A stretch of 64,000 nt of DNA from Candidatus Latescibacterota bacterium (GTDB lineage: Bacteria > Latescibacterota > UBA2968 > UBA8231): NCBI GenBank assembly GCA_965223905.1, contig CBDCXV010000011.1, forward strand, positions 1,504,001 through 1,568,000. Reading direction: 5' to 3'. Positions within the stretch are counted from its first letter, which is position 1. Every line of letters starts with the position of its first letter. The position numbers were made by a program, and so were the translations under genes. Below are positions 57,040 through 64,000 of this stretch, in pieces. Below the pieces are notes generated by a model. That model had not been told where the DNA came from. It worked only from the letters and a program-made list of their open reading frames with translations, and made no database searches.

Positions 57040-58482
57040 CTACCTCAGGTCGTAAACCGGCTGGTCGGCGTAGTCGAGGTACTCGCACGTCCAGCGAACG
57101 GCGTAGATGTTGGCCTCGAACATCTCGAACTCGAGACGGCAGGATTTCCCCATGTCGACGAGGTCCTGCGAGGTCTTGTCCTTCCACCGCACCGGCGCGT
57201 GCAGCTCGTCCCCCTGAAGGGGAACACAGTCGTCGAAAGTGAAGCCTTCGAGGGGGTTGAAGTGCAGGTCCGAGGCCTGCACCCTGACGCGGCCATACGG
57301 CGCCTTGAAGTTGATGTTGAGATCTCCCCTGGCCGGTCTCATCCCCTTCATGCCGAATCGACCCGTGCCGATGCTGCGCAGGAAGACGAACCCGTCCTTG
57401 CGCAGGATGTGATGCTGCCACCCACTCGGACCCGGCTCGTAGTCCGCAGGCGGTCGGAGCATGTGCGACGGGGTCCATTTCCGCACCGCGAGGCGCAGCC
57501 GCTCCTCTTCGTCGCAGCCGATGATGAAGTAGTCGAACCAGCCGCCGCCGGGCTCGCCGTGCTCGAACCCCCCGAACAGCGACCGCCGGTGAGTGCGGTT
57601 CCAGAACAGGCCGTTCGTGCTGTATGCCAGCTCGTCGTAGAGATAGCCCGTCCACTTGCCGCCGCCGCAGCGCTCCCCCATGGCGGAGCGGAAGATGTGC
57701 AGGCACCCAACGAAATAGCCGTCGAAATCCTCCGGCGTCCCGCAGCCGTTGGTCACGCCGTACGGCCACACCCGCAACCCGTAGAACTGGGTTCCCGGCG
57801 GGTCGAGGCTGTCGGGCTGCATCATCGTGTACACGTCGGTCCAGTTCTTCAGGTCGGAAGAGCTCGTCACCGCGACCCGGCGGTCGGGGCAGTACGGCCG
57901 GATGACCATGTGCCACTGCTTCGTGATCGGACTGTAGAAGGGCGTCCTCGTGCCGTCGCTGCCCCCGGCACGGGTGAAGTAGGCGTAGTCGGGGTTGTCG
58001 AAGTGATCCCAGTGCACCCCGTCCGCCGACCACCCCATGATCATGTTGTGCCAGGGCTTGATGTCGTGCAGGGAGCGCACGTTGAACCCGGCCTTGTAGC
58101 GGCGCTCCGGAATGTCCCACGGATCGTAGCGCACTTCCTTGGCGCCATGCTCGAATGCCGCGTTCGGATATTCCTCGTAGGGCCTCTTCTCCCTGGGCAG
58201 GTTTGCGCGGCGCCACTCGAAACCGTCGTCGCTCTCGGCGAGGCAGAAGAACTCCTGCGGATTGCGGCCTGGCTCGGAGCGGTCCTCCGGGTCCGGCGGA
58301 CTGGCGTACCACATGCGCCACCTGGTCGGCCATTGATCCCCGGGCATTTCCACGGTTCGCATGTTCTTGCCGAATTCGCCGGTGATCAGCGGCCCTTCCG
58401 GCCGGGGGCTGCCGAAACAGCGCTCCACATCTTGGATGTCGTCGATCATCCAATCGTCGAAGAAGAGGAAGCAACGGATCAT
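57040..58482 (-). CDS. Beta-propeller glycoside-hydrolase-like hypothetical protein
   Basis: FFDDWMI, WRMWY, AESDDGFEW, SADGVHW, SSDLKNW, ELAYSTNGLFWNR, LRKDGF, QGDEL..VRWK. Confidence 0.7.
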   Translation of the reverse strand: MIRCFLFFDDWMIDDIQDVERCFGSPRPEGPLITGEFGKNMRTVEMPGDQWPTRWRMWYASPPDPEDRSEPGRNPQEFFCLAESDDGFEWRRANLPREKRPYEEYPNAAFEHGAKEVRYDPWDIPERRYKAGFNVRSLHDIKPWHNMIMGWSADGVHWDHFDNPDYAYFTRAGGSDGTRTPFYSPITKQWHMVIRPYCPDRRVAVTSSSDLKNWTDVYTMMQPDSLDPPGTQFYGLRVWPYGVTNGCGTPEDFDGYFVGCLHIFRSAMGERCGGGKWTGYLYDELAYSTNGLFWNRTHRRSLFGGFEHGEPGGGWFDYFIIGCDEEERLRLAVRKWTPSHMLRPPADYEPGPSGWQHHILRKDGFVFLRSIGTGRFGMKGMRPARGDLNINFKAPYGRVRVQASDLHFNPLEGFTFDDCVPLQGDELHAPVRWKDKTSQDLVDMGKSCRLEFEMFEANIYAVRWTCEYLDYADQPVYDLR

Positions 58483-58555
58483 CGGGTCTCCATTCTCTGC
58501 GCAGCGCGGGGGCTCGGCGCCTGAAAGGTCACGCCGGCTGCCCCCCGCGGTCGGT

Positions 58556-60751
58556 TTATTCCAGGCTGGAGCTGGAAAGGAATTGTCCGAGGTAGTCGAT
58601 TGCGAGCCCGGTCGCCGTCCTCTCACTCCCCGTCCATCGCAGGGTGAGCCCCCCATCGAGCCGGCCGAAGATCCGCTCCGCCTCCCAGGTCGAGATCGGC
58701 GTGCGGAAGGCGCCGCATGGATCTATCGCGAGAGCGGATCGCGGAGACCAGGACTTCAGCGCCGCGGGACAGTCGGCCACCGCCGGCAGATTGCGCACCA
58801 GCACCTGGTGATGCCACGTCGCCCGCGGCTCCTCGAGCAGGAGCCGGTAGCTGGCCAGCGGCGCGTGGAGGATCAACCCCTGCACCCGTTCCGACGCGAA
58901 GGGGCTCGCGTAGAGAGCCCAGAGGGCAGCGACGCCCGAACCGGCAAGGACTACGGGAAGCCCGGCGAGCTGGTCGAGCGTCTCCGCAACTTCGAGCACG
59001 CACAGCAGATCGTGGACGCGTTGTCCCAGGAGCGGACGCCCGAGCATGCGCGCCGTCCACGAGTGCTCGCACTCGGTCGCCATCGGCCCCTCGTAAGCCG
59101 GGTCGTTGAAGCCGAGGATCGTCGCGTCGAAGGAGCCGCCCTTCTTCATCGCGGCGAAGTGAGGGGCGGTGGAGGTACCCCACCAGCCGTGGGCCTCGCC
59201 GCGGGTCAGGCCCACGCCGCGGGGATCGAAGGCGAGCACGTGACAGCCGGCTCCTCGCAGTTGCTCGATCATGCCCGCGGGTCCCGACTCCGCCTGCATG
59301 CCGTCTTCGTGACAGTAGAGGACGAGCGCTCCCTTGCTGCCGGCACCGGGTTGACTGAAGCCTGGATCGAAAAGCACGGCCGGTACGGTGATCCCCGGCT
59401 CGGCCTCGACGCGAAGGCAGGTGACTCCCTCCTCTTGCCGCCGCGCTTCGAACCGCGGCGGTGCCGAGAGGGGCGGAAGGGCGAGCGTCCGGCGCAGCTC
59501 ATCGGCGTCGACTCTCTTTTCGCGGAGCGCCTCCATCGAAGGAACCAACTGTTCCGAGGCGACGTACCAGTTCTTGCCGCTGCCCTCTGCGGCAAGCTGT
59601 CCCGAGCGCGTCGCCCACAACGCTTCTTCGGGCTCTGGTTCCGCCGCGGGATCCCGGTCCGGTATCGGCAGCCCGAACCAGCGGCAGAACCAGTCGCTCG
59701 TCGCCCGCCGGATCTCGTCACTCAGGCCGTGCTTCCCGGGGCCCTCGAACAAATCGACCTTCCCGGCGTCGCCAGTCAGGGCGTAGATCCCCTTCAGGGC
59801 CGCCACCGTGTCGCGCGCCCCCTTGAGGGGGAAGTAATCTTCCTTAGCCGCGGCGATGAGAACCGGTTTCGGCGCCAGCATGGCCAGGAAATCGGCATAC
59901 TCGAGACCGAGCTTGAGCAGGTTGTACGGGTACTGCTCGCTGTCGCCCGGATCGCGCGAGAGCAGGCGCTCGCGCACGCTGGTGACGAAGCAGATCGGCA
60001 CCGCGGCGGCGATGCGATCCTCCACGGTCGCCGCGAACGTCGTCTGCGTTCCTCCGCCCGAACACCCGGTGAGCCCGATCCTGGCCTCGTCGACCTCGGG
60101 CCGGGAGGTGAGATAGTCGATGCTGCGCACGCAGTCCCAGGTGTACTGGCCCGACGAGCTCGTCCCCGCCAGTACGGCGGCGCGGTCGAGGACGTCGTGC
60201 TCGGGGTAGGTGAGCGTGCGATTGCGGACCCGGTCCCACATCAGGCGCTCTCCCTGGCCGAACGGATCGAAGCACAACACCACCATGCCGCGGCGAGCCA
60301 TGTCGATGGCCGCCAACTGATATCCGGAATAGGCCTTGGCGATTCCGGAGTGGCCGCAGGCGAGGGCGATCCCCGGCGCCTGTCCGTCGAGGGCTTCGGG
60401 GAGGTAGAGATTGGCGGTTATCCGCAGCCCGGGAACGCTTTCGAAGATGACGTTCTCGACGCGGTAGCCGTCGCGGTCGAAACACTTCGTCGTGCGGGGC
60501 GCCAGGTCGCATTTTTCCGGAAACGGCCCGAACATCTCCCGGAACAGACGGCGCAGGCGTTCCCGCTCCCTTTGCCAGGAGTCGACGGTCAGATTGTCGA
60601 ATAGGTGCCGGCGCTTTTCGAGCGCACCGTCGTAGAGCGACAGGTGAAACTCGAACAGCATTTCCCGCGACAGCCCATCCACGAGCCAGGGATAGGGAGT
60701 CTTCCAGCCGGGATAGTCCGACAGTGCTGTACTGGGCAGATCGGTTTTCAT
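58556..60751 (-). CDS. Acetylxylan esterase-like tandem alpha/beta hydrolase
   Basis: YRVENVIFES.PG, CGHS, FDPFGQGER, GLTGCSGGGTQT, DYFP, GKH. Second degenerate hydrolase domain. Confidence 0.85.
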   Translation of the reverse strand: MKTDLPSTALSDYPGWKTPYPWLVDGLSREMLFEFHLSLYDGALEKRRHLFDNLTVDSWQRERERLRRLFREMFGPFPEKCDLAPRTTKCFDRDGYRVENVIFESVPGLRITANLYLPEALDGQAPGIALACGHSGIAKAYSGYQLAAIDMARRGMVVLCFDPFGQGERLMWDRVRNRTLTYPEHDVLDRAAVLAGTSSSGQYTWDCVRSIDYLTSRPEVDEARIGLTGCSGGGTQTTFAATVEDRIAAAVPICFVTSVRERLLSRDPGDSEQYPYNLLKLGLEYADFLAMLAPKPVLIAAAKEDYFPLKGARDTVAALKGIYALTGDAGKVDLFEGPGKHGLSDEIRRATSDWFCRWFGLPIPDRDPAAEPEPEEALWATRSGQLAAEGSGKNWYVASEQLVPSMEALREKRVDADELRRTLALPPLSAPPRFEARRQEEGVTCLRVEAEPGITVPAVLFDPGFSQPGAGSKGALVLYCHEDGMQAESGPAGMIEQLRGAGCHVLAFDPRGVGLTRGEAHGWWGTSTAPHFAAMKKGGSFDATILGFNDPAYEGPMATECEHSWTARMLGRPLLGQRVHDLLCVLEVAETLDQLAGLPVVLAGSGVAALWALYASPFASERVQGLILHAPLASYRLLLEEPRATWHHQVLVRNLPAVADCPAALKSWSPRSALAIDPCGAFRTPISTWEAERIFGRLDGGLTLRWTGSERTATGLAIDYLGQFLSSSSLE

Positions 60752-60824
60752 AGGGGCGGTCCTGACGAACTACGGCTTCTTTGGCCGCTGGTGGGTTGCT
60801 TTCGAGTCCATGCTTTCGGTCAGG

Positions 60825-61607
60825 CTATTGACCCAGTTTCTCCTCCCACTCCAGCAGCCCCTTCACCATCCCCCCGATGCGCGGCCTGTCGCTGTAGCGG
60901 TAGCTGTCGTGCAGTTCCGAGGCGTCCTGCCCGTGCGGCCGCAGGGCCTCGTAGTGGGTCTCCGTCTCCGGCCTGGCGGCGAACTTCAGGGCGATGTAGC
61001 GCCTGACGCTCTGCTTTCCGAACACGGCGTGGTAGAGGTAGTGGTCGAAGAAGACCGCGTCCCCCGGGTCGACCTCGAGAGCGTTACAGGAGAGCTCGTC
61101 CCCGTCGACGCCGAAGGCCGCCTTCGCCGTTCCCTGATGTTGCGACTGCAGGCGCAGCAGCTCGCGGTGGAAGGGGGCGTGGTGGGACCCGGGGATGACC
61201 CGCAGGGCCCCGGTCTCCCGGCGCATCGGCTGCAGGTAGATCATGATCTTGAGGCGCCGGTAGTCGAGGTCGATCTGGCCGGCGCGGTCGCAGTGCCACG
61301 GGTGGTCGTTGGTCTCGTTGAAGCTGCCGCACACCCCCTCGGAGTTCCCCCAGACGAACCCCTCGCCCAGAAGCTGCCCGACCGGCCCGTAGATGCGGTC
61401 GTCCTCGGGCAGACGCGCCAGCCCGGTTCCCATCTCGACGAAATTTGACGCCGACTGGTGGCTGGGTCCGGCGCGCTTGCCGGTGTTCGCGGCCAGCAGC
61501 TCGTCCGTCTCCCGGGCGATCTCCGCCATCTCCTCCGGGGAGAACAGCTGCCGCAGACAGAGGAAGCCGAAGGTTTCGAAGAAATCGATCTGCTGCCGGG
61601 TCAGCAT
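60825..61607 (-). CDS. PhyH-family Fe(II)/2OG dioxygenase
   Basis: MLTRQQIDFFETFGFL, WHCD, GALRVIPGSH, PGDAVFFDHYLYHA, RRYI. Confidence 0.9.
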   Translation of the reverse strand: MLTRQQIDFFETFGFLCLRQLFSPEEMAEIARETDELLAANTGKRAGPSHQSASNFVEMGTGLARLPEDDRIYGPVGQLLGEGFVWGNSEGVCGSFNETNDHPWHCDRAGQIDLDYRRLKIMIYLQPMRRETGALRVIPGSHHAPFHRELLRLQSQHQGTAKAAFGVDGDELSCNALEVDPGDAVFFDHYLYHAVFGKQSVRRYIALKFAARPETETHYEALRPHGQDASELHDSYRYSDRPRIGGMVKGLLEWEEKLGQ

Positions 61608-61795
61608 GGCGCAAGCTCCGTGGTTGTCGCGCTTGTTGCGGATGCGCAGGTTTCGACGCCTTTGCCTCAGGGGATGGAAGACTTCCCCGGGGCGAAATCT
61701 TTTCCGGGGAACTTCGCGATTCCCCTCAGAGGCCTGAGGGCCCGCAGGGCTTTCGGGCGGCAACAAACGCCGAAAGAAAACGGAGGTCAAGAGAG

Positions 61796-63379
61796 ATGAG
61801 CGAACAGCACGAGGTCCTGTTCGAGACCGACGGACGCCACTCGAGCGTCTACCTGTACGAGCCGGCGATGGGGATCCGCCAGTACGTCGAGCCGATCGAC
61901 GAGGTCCTCGATCTCGGCATCGACACCATCAGCTACGTCGTCGGCGACTGCGCCGTCCTCCTCTACGCCACCGAGGCCGGCGAGCGCTGGGGGCACAACG
62001 CCGAGCTCGCCGACCACGAGGTCTGGTACCGCGCCGCGCAGAACTTCGAGGCCTTCCTCGCCGCCGGACACGACCCGCTGATGGTGGTCTGCGAGCATGC
62101 CCGGGCGCGCGGCTTCCGCTTCCTGCCGCACCTGCTCCTCAACATGCACCACACCCCGTACGACCGCGTCAGCAACTGCCGCGTCTCCGACTTCGAGAGG
62201 GCGCATCCCGAATGGCAGGTGGGGGAGGAACCGGACTTTCCCGAGGCGGAGTTCGATATCCCCAAGCGCCTCTCCTTCGCGGTTCCCGAGGTGCGCGAGA
62301 ACCGCATGGCCATCGTGCAGGAGCTGCTGGCCCGGTACCCCGCGGACGGCATCGAGATCAACTTCCACGCCTACGCCCCCTTCATCTCCCGCCGCGAAGT
62401 CCCCGAGCACACCGACACGCTGACGGAATGGGTGCGCGAGATCAGGGCGACCTGCGACCGGGAAGCGGCGCGGCAGGGCCTCCGCAAACGCCTCGTCGTC
62501 AGGGCGGCCGCCAGTCTGTCGGGCAACCTGGCGATGGGGCACGACCTAGCCGCCTGGGTGGGAGAGGGGCTGATCGACACCCTCATCGCCATGCCGGTGG
62601 GCGGGGACTATTCCAGCGAGACCTCGCGGCTGCGGGAGCTCGCCGAGCTCACCGGGGGCACGGAGGTCAAGCTCATTGCCGGTCTCGACAGCATCGGCCC
62701 GGAGCAGGGCCCGCTCGTTCACAGCGCCGCGGTCGCCAATGTCTACGCCGCCGGCGCCCGGGGCATCCTCTACCACCGCTACTACCCGGCTCCCCATCGC
62801 TACCCCTACACCGCCGAGGATTTCGCCCGCCTGCGTTACCTGGCCTACCCCGACCTCTTCGCCCACAAGGACAAGACCTTCTACGTCGGTCCGGGCGCCG
62901 ACCGCCCCGAGGCGGTCACCTACGGCCTCGGCGAGCAGCTGCCGCACCCCCTCGCCCCCGGCGAGTCCAGGACCGTGACCCTCGACGTGGCCGACGACGT
63001 CGCCGCAAAACAGGAAGCCGGAGAACTCTGGCGCTGCGAGCTGCAGGTGATGATGCACGAGATGCTGCAAGATGACGAGGTGCGCCTGTTCTGGAACGGC
63101 GGCGAGATCGACGGCGGCGAGATACGCAAGGCCGACTACGTCTTCCAGATGCGCCCCGGGGCGGGCACGCGGGGGTACCGCCTGCACGTCGACCTGAGCA
63201 GGGGGAGGGTGCCGGAGCAGGGGACCAACGAGCTGCGCGTCGAGCTGGTTACCAAGGACGAGCGCCTCGTCGACCCGGTCTCCGTGCACGACGTCTTCCT
63301 GGTGGTCGAGTACCTCAAACACCGGCACGCCCTCAGGGACGACGAGCAGTACGGATTGCAGACGACCTTCACGCCATGA
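61796..63379 (+). CDS. Glycoside-hydrolase-like (GHL10-type) TIM barrel protein with C-terminal beta domain
   Basis: GHDPL.VVCEHAR, NMHH, RAHPEW, LSFAVPEVRE, RYPADGIEINF. GGAGG RBS. Confidence 0.7.
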   Translation: MSEQHEVLFETDGRHSSVYLYEPAMGIRQYVEPIDEVLDLGIDTISYVVGDCAVLLYATEAGERWGHNAELADHEVWYRAAQNFEAFLAAGHDPLMVVCEHARARGFRFLPHLLLNMHHTPYDRVSNCRVSDFERAHPEWQVGEEPDFPEAEFDIPKRLSFAVPEVRENRMAIVQELLARYPADGIEINFHAYAPFISRREVPEHTDTLTEWVREIRATCDREAARQGLRKRLVVRAAASLSGNLAMGHDLAAWVGEGLIDTLIAMPVGGDYSSETSRLRELAELTGGTEVKLIAGLDSIGPEQGPLVHSAAVANVYAAGARGILYHRYYPAPHRYPYTAEDFARLRYLAYPDLFAHKDKTFYVGPGADRPEAVTYGLGEQLPHPLAPGESRTVTLDVADDVAAKQEAGELWRCELQVMMHEMLQDDEVRLFWNGGEIDGGEIRKADYVFQMRPGAGTRGYRLHVDLSRGRVPEQGTNELRVELVTKDERLVDPVSVHDVFLVVEYLKHRHALRDDEQYGLQTTFTP

Positions 63380-63395
63380 GTTGATTCCGGCGGTA

Positions 63396-63741
63396 ATGCT
63401 CGGCGAAAATTCAGCGGGGCCTCAGCTACCAGCCCAATTCCGTGTTCTTCTCCGCCTACACCTACCTGTCGCTGGCCGCCTATTTCGAGGACCTCGAGCT
63501 CAACGGTTTCGCCCAATGGATGAAGATCCAGTACCACGAGGAGCTGATGCACGCGGAAAAGATCTACGCCTTCGTCAACGACCGCGACGGCCGCGTGCGC
63601 CTGCAGGCCCTGGCGGCGGCGCAGATCGAGTGGGACTCGCCGCTCGACGCCTTCAAGTTCGCCCTCGCCGGGCGCGACCACGCCACCCACTTGGGGCGCG
63701 AGGTCCAAATCCAGTGCCTCGAAGTTTCGGAAGTTTCTTGA
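63396..63741 (+). pseudogene. ftnA: Ferritin (FtnA-type) pseudogene
   Basis: SAYTYLSLAAYFE...GFAQWM..QYHEELMHAEKIY..VNDR.GRV. Frameshifts near the start, helix C deleted before DHAT, C-terminus lost. Confidence 0.8.
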
Positions 63742-63918
63742 AGGTTTCTGGCTATCCGGCTGAGCTACAGGTGCCTGCTGCCGGCGATTCTTGCGCCGGA
63801 CGCCTCCCGGCCGGGGGCCCCAATCGGTGGCCGGATTGGCGCGCCCGTAGGGATTGAAACCCCCGACCTGCCGGTTCGATGCGGCACCAGGAGCAGACGT
63901 CTTTATTCGTGCTTTTCC

Positions 63919-63947
63919 TTGACACGGGACGTCTGGACGTCTATGGT
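63919..63947 (+). promoter_or_regulatory. Sigma70-type promoter overlapping repeated GACGTC sites
   Basis: TTGACA-17 bp-TATGGT, followed by GGAGG RBS and GTG at 63972. Confidence 0.65.
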
Positions 63948-63971
63948 TGATCTGGCAAAAGGAGGAAATCC

Positions 63972-64000
63972 GTGAGATATGCACCGGGAAAGGTTCGCGA
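63972..64000 (+). CDS. Start of a gene running off the window (MRYAPGKVR...)
   Basis: AAGGAGG RBS with correct spacing and a promoter upstream. Only 9 full codons are visible. Confidence 0.5.

Noticed and set aside
54532-58524. 1330-aa ORF on + strand (and similar long ORFs such as 7412-10087 N-part, 14512-16392, 27669-29777, 55823-58474, 58361-60604)
   Set aside because: Antisense or off-frame shadows of GC-rich genes. They are Arg/Gly/Pro-rich with no motifs, and the overlapping frames contain clear family signatures.
1-64000. tRNA, rRNA, CRISPR array, prophage or integron
   Set aside because: No cloverleaf or rRNA signatures, regular repeat-spacer arrays, phage structural genes, integrase or attC-like sites were recognised by eye.

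Overview
GC-rich bacterial chromosome segment. The gene content (8 intact PhyH-type Fe(II)/2OG dioxygenases plus a fragment, 3 Gfo/Idh/MocA oxidoreductases, 2 HpcH aldolases, a PQQ dehydrogenase with a dihaem cytochrome, beta-propeller hydrolases and a secreted protein ending TAVESVTWRRIKAS) suggests, by inference only, a Latescibacterota/Gemmatimonadota/Poribacteria-like organism, possibly a sponge symbiont. This catabolic backbone is interrupted by lower-GC defence patches. At 1-3602 are a Dsr1-like C-terminus, an R-M remnant, BrnT and an FRG-TPR protein. At 17787-23968 are a Schlafen/AlbA-HATPase, a broken SF2 helicase and a decaying AAA+DUF4276 pair. At 36526-51782 is a 15-kb island with two convergent Septu-like ATPase+HNH pairs, a Druantia type III-like DruE/DruH pair and four TA loci. 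An intact single-ORF IS66 element with inverted repeats and an 8-bp target duplication lies at 33684-35307. The most striking observation occurs twice, independently: an intact BrnT toxin is followed by a BrnA-like N-terminal segment lacking its DNA-binding domain and fused in frame to an unrelated defence protein (FRG-TPR at 2169, PtuA-like ATPase at 36782). No rRNA, tRNA, CRISPR array or reverse transcriptase was seen. All family assignments come from motif recognition, not database searches.
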